Shown here piece by piece: positions 38,410-53,271 of a stretch of DNA of 64,000 bases; positions within the stretch are counted from its first letter, which is position 1, and each line of letters begins with the position of its first letter. The translations under genes and the position numbers were made by a program. This DNA is from Eledone cirrhosa (taxonomy: Eukaryota), in assembly GCA_964016885.1 (NCBI GenBank), contig OZ024740.1:180606001-180670000 (forward strand), in the 5' to 3' direction. The notes beneath the pieces are model-generated. The model made no database searches. It was not told the DNA's origin and saw only the letters and a program-made list of their open reading frames with translations.

Positions 38410-39889
38410 CCCAAATATATATATATATATATATATTAGTAGTACACTGGTGGGTTATATCTCTAGTAGTAGAGAATTCAGTCCATGGGACGTGTTTGGT
38501 AGAATAGTTCCACAACTGTTTGTTCACCATACCGGGAACAAATATTTCACCTTATTCGGATCATTATTCGGATCCATTTACTCTAATCGCTGACCACCTT
38601 TGTATAGCAACCCGAAACCTAACAGACGAGTTCATATTAACATTTAAAATTTAAAGCTACAAAGTTTGACAATGGAAAATATTTTGCTTTAAATTAGTTC
38701 CAAACAAAATTTCTCCCTTCTGCTTAACAAAATCCAAGCCTTGCAGCATTACACATTGAACAACAGGTATATGTTTGCCACGAGGTGCGCAAGATTGAGA
38801 AAGTCAACGGCCAGCTCAATATAATATGCATAAAGTTCGTTTTTAACATGAAAGCAGCTATAAATGATATCACGTATAGTGTGTGTTTGTTTTTCAAATG
38901 AGTAGTGAGATTTTTTTTTTGTATTACACAAAATATACAATAGGCAGTAAACTTTATCGACATTATATGTATAACTTCAAAGTGATGAAAAATGTGGTTT
39001 TTACCTCTCAATTTATCGATAATTGGCACAAATAGAGTAATTATTTATGATATTGGGTATTAGTTTATAAACAAAGCCCATCATATCACATCGGAATCCT
39101 TCATCAAATGGTTTAGAAATGAATTGTAATTGTTAGACTCTATCCAATGTAAGTTAATTAATCTGCTGTCTAACATTATACATACTGAGAGGAGATAGAT
39201 AGGAATTTATGACGATATAATCGGTATTGGAGCTATCTAACATCATAATAATTGTTAAATGTATAAGCCATGAAACATGATTTGTTCCTAACGTATTCAG
39301 TTTAATTTCTGGATCAGTGCAATTTTAATAATTTAATGTTTAACTTTCGCATTATGTTGTTGAGGATGTTAGGTGTCACATCGTAATTTCATATTATTAA
39401 GAAAGCAATAACGTAGTCGGATATTTTATATTTATTTTCTCCCTCAAACATGAAGGCAATTTGCTGTCAGGAGTCACCATGCTCCGAACCTTGCAACATC
39501 ACTGTAGCTTCACAATGAAAAATTGTGAGAAATAACGGAGCTTGGTTGTGTGTGATAACCTCCATGGACATATGTAACGTGTAAGTAAAAATCTTTAAAT
39601 TAATATAGTTTTCTTAATAGCAACAATGAGTAGACTGCTGTATATTTATAACTGAATGCTAGTTGAAGAAAGTATTGAATGTTAAACGTTATTATTAAAC
39701 TTCATAGAGTTCTTATATATATATATGACAGATATGGGTAGAAAAGGAAATATGTATTTGAATTCATGATTTTACAACTACTTCTAAAATATAATGAACA
39801 ACATTGAAATAATAATAGGGAGGATATATTCCTAGTGAGAGCCGTGGTATCATTATTATTATTGTTATTACTATCATTGTTCATCTTTT

Positions 39890-40230
39890 GCAGCTCTCAG
39901 ATAAATAGATATATCTAGCGCAATTATCCTGTCATATATTGTACTCTCACTGTGCAAACTTAATACATTCGCTTACAATATGGCTGTTCGTTTCTCCTTG
40001 TGCTCCATACCTTCTACATAATGGTAATTCTATCGTGTTGTCAAAATGATATTTAAAGTAGTGAGTTCGAAGAGCCTGGTCCTGGGTGTTGCACATCAGA
40101 GATTCGGTATATTCTTTCATATCCGCATTTCAAAGCTTTTGGGCTTTTGTCAATCAAAGCATACTTTATACCTAGTGTACTGTTCGTGCGTAAGTTTACC
40201 CTTCCATCTATTTAAAGGTCTTGTTTCCCC
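39890..40230 (-). mobile_element. Old R4/Dong-like fragment (zinc-knuckle region)
   Basis: Hand translation ADMKEYTESLMCNTQDQALRTHYFKYHFDNTIELPLCRRYGAQGETNSHIVSEC aligns with GDLKKATEGMLMAAQEQALKT...PLCRICGEREETVAHIVSEC in the 6744-9416 ORF. Confidence 0.8.
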
Positions 40231-40629
40231 TCTGTTCATGCATTCATTGGGTGCTACTGCATATTTTAGTCTAGCGTTGTCTCTTACCTTTGAAATATTT
40301 AAGGTCCCAAGCTAGGTTTTCTCAGAATGTGAAACAATTTTCAAAACATATTAGTCCTATACCCCCTTTTTTCTTCCAACATAAATTCTTACGACATCAT
40401 TCTTTGGGTGAGGTTCTTTTCGGATTTTCATAATTTTCCTAGTTTTTCTATCGATATTTTCCTATTCATATTTCATCCATTTAATAACTTCTGTCCCATA
40501 GGGCTGATGATTTATTTTGTCGTTCCCGTAACGTAAAGCTAATCTCATTGGGATTTGAACACAGCCGTAAGACAAGTTGTCCGCGGCTCTAGCAATGCTG
40601 TGAATCTCCCATTCTTATTTCTTCTGATT

Positions 40630-40790
40630 AAGGCACAAGGAAACAACATTTGGGGACAGGAAAATCGATCAAATCGGTCTTGGTGCGTTATTGGTACTTT
40701 TTTATCGACCCATGAGGATGAAAGCCACATTTAACCACAGGGTATTTAAACCAAGAACATACAGGGACATTATCATATGCCGCAAAGAGA
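40630..40790 (-). mobile_element. Degenerate SINE
   Basis: ggcacaagg...ttggtacttttttatcgacccatgaggatgaaag. Confidence 0.6.
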
Positions 40791-43109
40791 GGAAATTGTA
40801 TAAATAATAACAAAAAAATAGTTATTTGCATAATTGAAATGCTATATAAATATTTACAATAAATACTGTACACATGTTTTTCATCCTACAATGACATATT
40901 TTGTTATGGTTGAAAACATCCGAATTACAATATTGTATATATTATCTTACAGAAGACATTGCGATTGGGGAAATACGTATGTTCATCAGGTGCAACGAAG
41001 CTCAGGAAGTCCATTTGAATTGTCTTTATTTCGTTGGAAATATTATAGGAACTATGAGTTGACCATAGACATGCATGTCAGTTAATATATATCCTTAAAA
41101 ATAATATATATTTCGTGCTAATCCTTGTCAATTTAAATTCATATTCAGTAAAAAGAATAGTGGAAGTTTATAGTTAGTATATATTTTTTTTATATTGAAG
41201 TGATACAAACGAAAAGCTGAATCACGTTATTATTTTATTTTGGAATGTGAATACGAAACTTCATTTAAATAGTCTAATTTTGAATTATATCACCATCCAT
41301 ATTTACAGCAACATTCAATGTTGTACGTTCAATATATTAAATGTAACGTTTAATCAGTATCGTGCTTAAGTAAATATATATCACAGACATAAAAATATAT
41401 TTTCAATAAAAACTTACTTGCTTATTTACTTACGTTAGTCCTTAAATGCTTCATTTTTAGCAGCGAATGGCATACTACATTTCAACATTACTAACTGTAT
41501 ATTACCTCTTGCTAGGTACGACTTTCGATGCATATTTATAAGTTAAATTAAATGTTCGTAGAAATCGAATTCACAATCTAGAGGTACCAAATATAATCAG
41601 ATATTTTCTTTAGCTTTCTAAAGTTTCTGACAATTCTCCGCCTTCCTTGCATTAACTTATTGATTACTTCTATGGGCAACGTATGGTCGATTGAAGCATC
41701 CACACTACATTATAAATAATTTAATATGAATGTAGGGATATGAGACTAAATACGAAAAGATACTTAGGCTCGCACGGTGACATTTCTGTTGATTTCTTCC
41801 ACAATCCTCATTGCATCAATTATAAAATTATAAAGAAATCTCAATGTGTTGTACATTTAGAATATCAAGCTATTTAGATAAGAGGTTATTGTTAATGAAA
41901 GTTAGTTAATGAACAGACTATGTTAGCCGTGAATAAGTCCATTAGTGGTTGTACACGTCATGAAACCATAATATTTAGTGATATTGACAACTGACTAACA
42001 TTCAATGAGAGAAAAGGAGAAAGTGTGGCTGATAGAGAGAAAAAGAAATGCACCAAATAATCACTCATTGAATGAGATTTTAATGAATGGCTTCATGGGT
42101 TTCGAAATGCTTTATATTGCTTATGCATTTAACATAAGGCCGAGTTATTTTATTTTAATTTCTATATATATTTTCTTTGCTTTCTTAACAATCAACCACT
42201 GAAGAAATATTAAGGTAACTTTCAGATATAATTATTTCAATAATAGGATATTCTTGGTTTTATATCTATTGATTCCTATGGGTATGAAAAAATGCTGAAT
42301 GATAGTATATATATATATATATTTTCCTATGTTAGCATGTATTTCTTAAGTAATTTGGTTATTTCAGTGTAAGCTGTATTTTTTATAACTGCCATATTAA
42401 CAATGCGTGAGGTATATTGCGTCAATTGTTAACAGCTGTGTGTGTTCTGAATAATATCCCTGCATAATTGCGATTGTTTAATTCCGATTCTTAAAATACG
42501 TGATTTATGAGATATCTCCGCAAATCTAGACTATCGTTCTTTATATTAACTCTTTTTTTTGTTCTTCATATTAATAAGCATTCTTATGATATGAAAAATG
42601 CACTTTATTTTATCTTAGTTTTCTGCCATTGACAGGGCTGCATGTATTGTGTTCGTGTATATTTGCGTACATTAAAAAAATCTACAATCTTTTGAGGAAT
42701 GTAAGGGGATATTCAAGCTTGAAACATAGGAAAAGATCTTAAAATAAATATATACTTGCCAATATGATATATGTAATTATTTATCCACTTGAATTACTTT
42801 TGTAATATTACAAACTTTAATTCATTTTTTATAACAATGTCAATTGCTTCAGTTTTCTGTCATAATTTAGCCTGATCGTCTGTTGTCGGTTAGATGGAGT
42901 TTAAATGTGCCGTCCCCTTTACGTAACTTGCGAAGCGAAGAAATGATTTAGATAAGAAATAACAATGGTGAAGGAGGTACACACACGCAAGTGCGCCCCC
43001 CCCCCACATACATATATATATATATATACTTAGATAATATATAATATACATATGCATAATAGATGTTGTTATTTCTTTATACTCAGACTAAACTTCTCGG
43101 CAAAATTAC

Positions 43110-43340
43110 CTTGCAGCAGTGGGTCATGGTTCATAATAATTAACCAAGTATAATGGTACTGCAGTTCCTCCTGAACCATTAAATTCGTAGTTCCTTTGTC
43201 AAAACTGTGGCCGTTCCCAGAAGTGTAGTCATTTGCAGCAAAGAAGTCCAAATTTCAACATTAACCTTTGAAATCCAATGTTGCGTTCTTGTTGTTACAA
43301 CAGAAAGAAATCCAGCATTTACCTGTGAGCACAGGTTAAG
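43110..43340 (-). mobile_element. Old R4/Dong-like 3' end fragment
   Basis: Hand translation WISKVNVEIWTSLLQMTTLLGTATVLTKELRI* (stop at 43179-43181) resembles WLKKIG...LQKACLLGTARTLRYVLNI*. Confidence 0.7.
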
Positions 43341-43372
43341 AATTCGGGACAGCCAACAAAACTTGCGCCATT

Positions 43373-43472
43373 GTTAACTTTGGCTTTCATCCTTACGGGG
43401 TCGATAAAATAAAGTACCAGTAATGCACTCAATAATTGCTGGCCTTGTGCCAAATGTAGAAACAATTATTAT
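43373..43472 (+). mobile_element. SINE 3' half
   Basis: gttaactttggctttcatcc...ggccttgtgccaaatgtagaaacaattattat. Confidence 0.88.
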
Positions 43473-43819
43473 CCTGTTATGTCTTTCTTGTTGAACTGGT
43501 TTATTCAAAAACCCACCCCGCGTGTTTAAGCTGTACTATGCCTTTGATATTTCTACCAATACTACTATATGTGAGTCATTCTTCTCCGACCCCTTTGGAA
43601 AAGCGTTCGGTTTATGCCAGATTCTGTGACCCAGGATGGAACAAAAGTACCGATGGTAACGGTCAATATTGCACAAGTCCATCTCAAAGGCCGATGATCA
43701 TGGTGTTACGTATATTTATTTTCAAAAAGTAATAAGTTTAATTTTTACCTGAAAAGATCTTTTTAGTTTTTGTTTCTTTCCGTTCATTGTCTTGTCACTC
43801 TGTGTTAAATTTCTATTTT

Positions 43820-43879
<60 letters not shown>

Positions 43880-43969
43880 ATAATAATAAATTGGAAAAAC
43901 TAAAATCCAAAGAGCGCTCGATAAGGATAAATATATATCAAATATATGAGAACCGTAGAGCAAATATTT

Positions 43970-46900
43970 ATTAAAATAACAGATTAAAGTTTAAGAAAAG
44001 AATCGCTGCTTTCACCCTTAACGGGATCTTCTGAAACTAACAAAGTCAATCTGTTAACGCAGAAGTGAATATTTCAAAAAACATTGCAACCGGAGGAAGA
44101 CAGGAAGACGATACTTTGTTTCGTGGAAACGTTCCCTGGGAAAGAACGGGAATAAAACGAATATAATACGTCATTATTTGGAGCGGTGAAAAACAATTAC
44201 ACGCAAAGACAAAACCATGTTTATGGTATAAAGAAGTCGTAGACTAATATTCTATTACGTGGTTCATAGAGAAGTTCTCTGGCAATGAACGGAAAAAGCG
44301 AAGATAATACGTCATATGTGGGCATGGAGAACAATTGCACGCAAAGACAAAACCACGTAAATGGTATAACTGATGTCGTAGACTAAAGTTCTAACTAGGA
44401 AACCGAATGATTCTCGGCTTCAGAGTTAAGAATAAAGTAAATAAAATACAGAGACAATTGAAATTAAATAAATACATACACGCATCCATATACGTACATA
44501 CACAATCATACGCGAAAACACTTGCCATAGGTATACAAATAAATCGGACTTCGTATGGTTAATAAGCCGAATAGAGGTGTTGTTCGGAAAATTGGATTTG
44601 TGATCCTTCAGGATAAAGTAGGGTGAAATAGGGTCCAAATATTCGGTCCGGTCCAGTATGTTGAGATCGGATATTGTGACGTTACAACACGCACATATAA
44701 ATATGTGTGTGTGTGTGTGTGCGTGTATAAAAATAATTAAATAAACGTATATAAATAAATAAATACGTATATAACAAGCGCACACACATACCTACATGTA
44801 ATACACATATGTTCGAACTGACAATTTACATCAAGTGGAGCGCAGTACTTACCATCAACTACTACATAATGCTGTAAGTAAGGATTACTGTAAAACTACT
44901 CGGTGCGTCATTAATGAAATCAACGATGCTTGGTTTAAAAACACCTCTGATCTCAACATACTGGACCGGACCGAATATTTGGACCCTATTTCACCCTACT
45001 TTATCCTGAAGGATCACAAATCCAATTTTCCGAACAACACCTCTATTCGGCTTATTAACCATACGAAGTCCGATTTAGGTTGACTTAGTAAAAGGATTCT
45101 TGATAGAATTATACCTGAAATTAGAAGTTTGGCCCCTCTTACACTGTGGAACAATGCTTTCGCGGTGATTGATTGGTTCAACGGCATTTGCAACAAGGAA
45201 CATTGCCGTTTTATCCAATTTGACATCAATAATTACTTCTCTTCCATCACTTTACCACTTCTTCTTACAGCTATCAATTTCGCTAAAACACTGACAGTGG
45301 TTAAGGATTTCGAAGTTGATGTCATCCTCAATGCCCCTAAGTCGGTGATTAATTTCGACGACTCTATTTGGATTAAAAAATCTAATAGTACCTCATTCCA
45401 CGTCAGTTTGGGCACCAGCGATTCTGCGGAGGTTACTGATCTTATCGGCCTTTTCCTTATTTTCTCTATCAAGGACGAATTCCCCAACGTGGGCGGTGGT
45501 TTGTACCGTGATGATGGTCTTTTGACCATGACTAAGTGCGGCCCACGTGCTTGCGACAGGTTCAGAAAAGAACTCACAGCCTTCTTTAAAGGTTTCAACC
45601 TCTCTATACAGGTTGAGGCCAACCTCTCGGTCATTAATTACCTCGACGTTACCCTCAATTTATCGAATGGCATGTATTACCCGTATAGTAAGCCAAATGA
45701 TACGCTTAATTACATAAGTAAGCATTCTAACCATCCTGCCAGCATAACCAAGAACCTGGTAAGAAACGTTTCTTTGAGGCTTTCCTGTCTATCTACTAAC
45801 GAACATATTTTCAACGACCAATCTACATATTACAATGAAGCTCTTGCTCGGAGTGGATTTGTCTATAAGGTAGTATATACAGAGTACGAGAATAGACCTA
45901 GAAGAAATAGGCCCCGGCGCATTATATGGTATAACCCACCATATAATATGGAGGTAGCCACACCATTAGCTAAGATCCTTCTCTCCCTTTTTACGAAGCA
46001 TTTTCCTCCTACACATAAATATAGTAACATTTTCAATAGAAATACTATTAAAATATCTTACTCTGCGACTCCTAAACTTGCACACAACATCACAGCTTCT
46101 AATTTAGCTAAGCTACCTAGCCGTAGGAACACGTGCAATCCTGTAGTTAGTACTTACTGTAATTGGAGGAATCGGGTTGACTGCCCCCTATCCGGGAAAT
46201 GCCTCTCTAATAACATTGTCTACAAATGTAAGGTTGAAACACCCACGTCCCGTAGGGGCTAAATAAGGTTAACTGCCAATAGATTCAAGCAGCGTCTTTA
46301 CATGAATACCCATTATTTTCGTTACATTCTAAGAAGGAATATGACGTCACTTTCAGCTTATATCTGGAGTCTAAAAGACAACCACACCCAATAATTTACA
46401 CTGGGAGATCTTAGCTAGGGCTAGATCGTATAACGGAAATAAAAGACCATGTGACCTCTGCGCCGCTGAGTCCCAGGAAATAATCTACGCCACAAACCAC
46501 ATCTTAAACAAAAAATATGAGGCAATTTCGGCTTGTAAACATAAATTGCACAGAACTTTCCTTTATTACAGCCCCACATTATATCCTAACGGATAGTACG
46601 ATCTATACACGGATATTTTACGTGTTGTTGTGGTAGCTAAGTATATGTTATGTTTATACCAATACTTATTTGTATAGGTAAGTATATATTACCTGTATGT
46701 TTTGTGAAGGTACGTATACTTTCTCGTACGTATATTTGATTGTATATGTTATGGCGTATATTTTATATATTCTGGTACATATGCTTTTGGTTATGTGTAT
46801 ACGTGAGTTTTGCGTCTATGTGAATATGCGGGTTCGTAAGTATGTAGGGTGTGTGTATATGTGTACTTCGTGTTTTGGTTGATGTCGTCTCCGAAGATAT

Positions 46901-47790
46901 GTGTATTTAAATGTAGGGTGTGTGTGCGCTTGTTATATACGTACTTATTTATTTATATACCTTTATTTAATTATTTGTATACACGCACACACACACACAC
47001 ACATATTTATATGTGCGTGTATTTGTATACCTATAGCGAGTGTTTTCGCATATGTTTGTACGTCTCCGAACATATGTGTATTTACATGTAGGTATGTGTG
47101 TGCGCTTGTTATATACGTATTTATGTATTTATCTACGTTTATTTAATTATCTGTATACACGCACACACACACACACACACATATTTATATGTGCGTGTAT
47201 TTGAATACCTATGGCAAGTGTTTTTGTATACCTATGGCGAGTGTGTTCGCGTATGCTTGTGTATGTACGTATATGGATACGTGTATGTATTTATTTAATT
47301 TCAATTGCCTCCGTATTTTATTTACTTTATTCTTAACTCTGAAGCCGAGAATCATTCGGTTTCCTCGTTAGAATTTTAGTCTACAACTTCAATTATACCA
47401 TTACGTTTTTGTCTTTGCGTGCAACTGTTCTCCTCGCTCCACATATGACGTATTATCTTCAGTTTTTTCCGTTCATTCCCAGAGAACGTCTCTATGAACC
47501 ACCTAATAGAATATTAGTCTACGACTTTTTTATACCATAAACGTGGTTTTGTCTTTGCGTGTAATTATTTTTCACGGCTCGAAATAACGAAGTATTATAT
47601 TCATTTTGTCCCGTTCTTTGCCAGGGAACGTTTCCACAAACCAAATTGTCGTCTTCCTGTCTTCCTCCGGTTGCAACGTTTTTTGAAATATTCATTTCTG
47701 CGTTCACAGATTGACTTTGTTAGTTTCAGAAGGTCCCGTTAAGCAGCGATTCTTTGCTTAAATTTGAATCTGTTACTTTAATTAATATAT
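43970..47790 (+). mobile_element. Penelope-like element (5'-truncated RT + GIY-YIG) bracketed by ~0.7-kb inverted terminal repeats
   Basis: ORFs 44835-45083 and 45129-46262: FILKDHK.NF...IRLIN, FIQFDI.NYFSSI, GLYRDDGL, NYLDVTLNL, SNHP, IIWYNPPY, CPLSGKCL..NIVYKCKV. The GIY-YIG remainder runs to ~46595. 43970-44535 and 44690-44816 are reverse complements of parts of 47065-47785. Confidence 0.9.
43989..44037 (-). ncRNA. Hammerhead-like motif with non-canonical CAGAAGA core
   Basis: gttt-CAGAAGA-tccc(gttaa)gggt-GAAA-gcagcgattcttttc-TT-aaac. Homologues at ~22065-22112 and, with a deletion, ~47723-47763. Confidence 0.45.
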
Positions 47791-47797
47791 ATCTATA

Positions 47798-48925
<1,128 letters not shown>

Positions 48926-48948
48926 TGTAACTCACAAGGGGAAACACC

Positions 48949-49052
<104 letters not shown>

Positions 49053-49619
49053 GCCTGCGTCTGTGGGTTGTGCGTGCGTTTGTGTGTATAGCTGCCTTTT
49101 CATAAATGCGCTTAACGTGTTGGTGTTTGATATGAAATCAGGTGATAGAAATATTATCAGTATTGAAAATAGATGAAATCGAAATTGAATTGACATAGAT
49201 TCACTACATTTTAATTGCATCTAAAAGAAAACTTTTATGCGGGTTGCGTATTGATAAAAAAGAAAATAAATTGGAAACACTGTTAAAGTTTAAGGGCATT
49301 GGATTTTACTAAACAATTTTGTTTCTAATCTGCTCCACTCTGCACAATCTCTTCAATATATTTCACATCTTATTTTTCTTCATTCAATTGAATAATGTCA
49401 TTTCTACCTTGTAAGCAAAATGCTAAGGGCAACCATTCATCAATAAATTGTTTCACACTTTAATTATTTAGCAACATTATATATAGAATTCCCGTCGAAT
49501 GAAAAGGAGCAGGTATTTGTGTGTACCGATTGAATGTGCGCCTCTTTAGGTAATGCGCGTATATAATTGCGACGTAGTTCCTCCTGCACTTTCGTGCGAA
49601 TGTACAGACACACACACAG

Positions 49620-50682
<1,063 letters not shown>

Positions 50683-52229
50683 GACAAGTATAGTGAGACG
50701 CTTGTCACCTATTACTCTTTTCAGACTTTACTTATTTTGTTCTTTCACTTTCTCTTTTCATATGACTTTTTATTACATCTTGCAAGTGAGTTTCTTTTTG
50801 CGACGTACGTGTATGTCTATGTGTATATGCATACTTTTTTCTTTTTGCTGTGCTAAGCGACATTCTTTGAGCGAACCAATTAATTTTGAAATCGTAAGAC
50901 GTGAAATCTAACAAACATAACAACAAATATAACAACAACCGTAACAACAAAGGAACAAGAGAAAACTAAAGAAAACACGACCAAAACATTAGTTGGAAAA
51001 AGCAAATCTTCAATAGTCTGGAAAAGATAAATGAAACAAATAGGAAAAAAAGAAAACCAACAAAATGTCCGTTACAAAACATATTCTAGAAAAGTAAAAG
51101 TACATATTAAAGAAAGGAGTAAAAAAGAAACAATTATAGAATGTAAAGCGGTTTGAATTGTACACACGATAACATACCTTTTGAAAGCATAATTGCTTGT
51201 ACAGAATAGAAAAATAATATAGAAAAGTAATATAAATGAAAATAACTATCAAAATCTCGCCCAGCCAAACATGACATCTCATGTAGCTAACCATTTTAAG
51301 AAATCCAATATTGATTGTCAACTGTCATTATTTTCTTGTGTTAAATGTTATCATTCAGTTCACATTCATGTATCGAATCAATAATTCTTTATACCACCCA
51401 TTTCTATGACAGAAATAGAGTTGTTACATAGAGTGTATCATGGGATAGGGTGAATGACTGATGGTAATAACAACAACAACATTTAAAATAAATAGATAAT
51501 ATTAAACTGTCGAAAAAAAGGCGAGAAATATTGGCAAATAAAATAGTTCACTTTCAGTATTGACTTCATTTCAGATGACGTAGATTTAATTTTACAATAT
51601 AACAATGTTATATGTTATATTGATAGTTGCACAGTTTACTGTTTCAAGTTTTAGCATAGTAAGCCTGAAAAGCTTGGTGAGAGAATTTACGTTATGCTAC
51701 TGATGTTTTTTTCTGTCAGACACAATACGTCGATTACTTTTAAGGAATAGTATTACTCGATAAATAATTGGAAATATCAAGTGGCATGTTGGCGCTACCT
51801 ATAGGAATAAGCAGCAAATGATCATGGCAATAAAGCAGTAACAAATAGAATCGTCAGAGGCAGAATTTTAATTGATTGATGCTAAACGAAAGGCGAATGT
51901 CATAGTTTATTTTACGTGTGCTGTACCTTTGTGTCACGATTCTATAAAGGGCTGAAAGCTCCTTCTATTTATTTTTCTTCCGGGCACCATATTGCAACGA
52001 ATGCCTATTTGTTGTAAATATTGCACAAGTAGTTTAGGCTTCTACACCACATCTTTCCTAGTATTTCCATTAAATTATGAGAATGTGAAAGATTTGAAAT
52101 AGTATAAATAACTCGTTGTTAGGAATGTTGTTATAAACATAACGTAATGGAAATATGGAATAAGGAAATATATCTGAACATTATTTACAAAAGAGTTTAA
52201 CCTACAACATATACATGTCTTCAATTGTT

Positions 52230-52400
52230 GAAGAGATTTTTTCGGTGATATATTAAAACATTAATTTATTCACAATAACGGTTTCAGCATTATATGCATT
52301 GTTAATTACTGATATATCCGCAATTGACAATGCATATAATGCTGAAACCAGTATTGTAAATAAATTAATGTTTTGATATTTCTCTGAAAACACCTTTTTC
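52230..52400. repeat. Fold-back module with U3-A8 hammerhead (52320-52357, +)
   Basis: gcaa-TTGACAA-tgcat(ata)atgct-GAAA-ccag-TA-ttgt. Arms are 52240-52307 and 52322-52388. Confidence 0.75.
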
Positions 52401-52407
52401 TTTCTAC

Positions 52408-52478
<71 letters not shown>

Positions 52479-52574
52479 AACATAAATTATCGAGATTCGC
52501 ATTTCGGCCCACGAAATAACGAAAAACAACCTCCGAGATGTGAGGCAAGTGCTCAATGGTTCAGATGAACCAGA

Positions 52575-52670
<96 letters not shown>

Positions 52671-52714
52671 ATACATATATATATATATTCTGGTCTTTTT
52701 GTTGTTGCAATCCT

Positions 52715-52764
<50 letters not shown>

Positions 52765-52880
52765 AAATGTGTGTAATCCTTGGTACAGTTAGGTATATTA
52801 AGACAGGGGGGAAGAAAAAATGGCCTCAGTTGTGCTTTCAACAAATTTATTTTCTTCATATATATATATATATATATATA

Positions 52881-53240
52881 TGTAGGATTGCAACAACAAA
52901 AAGACCTACATCGGCATGACTTCCAATAACTTTAAAACTCGGCGGTATGCCCATACCAACTCCTTCCGAAGACCGGACAAATCAAATCAGACAACACTCG
53001 CCTCCTATGTTTGGGACCTCAAAAGGTACTCCACCCCCTTCACGCTTAAATGGAAAATACTCCAGAAAGCACGCTCATACAAATCAGGACAAGTGCTGCG
53101 CCCTTTGTATCCCAGAGAGCTACGGCATTTTATTCACCAAGGGCCCGCTACTGAACAAACTCTCTGAACACTGCCCGAACTGCATGCACAAAAACTTTGC
53201 AACTTTCAAATACCTTAAGCCAGTGTTAATGCCTGATGGC
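52881..53240 (+). mobile_element. PLE GIY-YIG fragment
   Basis: KTYIGMTSNNFKTR...HTNSFR....NQTTLASYVWDLK......LKWKIL..A..Y; C.LCI.E...I......LLNK.SE....C.HK. Confidence 0.85.
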
Positions 53241-53271
53241 AAAAAAACGAACTTCCCCTTATTTTTTTTTT

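Noticed and set aside
39471-39586. Possible host exon (tgtcag|GAG...CGT|gtaagt)
   Set aside because: All three frames contain stops. It could be non-coding, but that is unsupported without transcripts.
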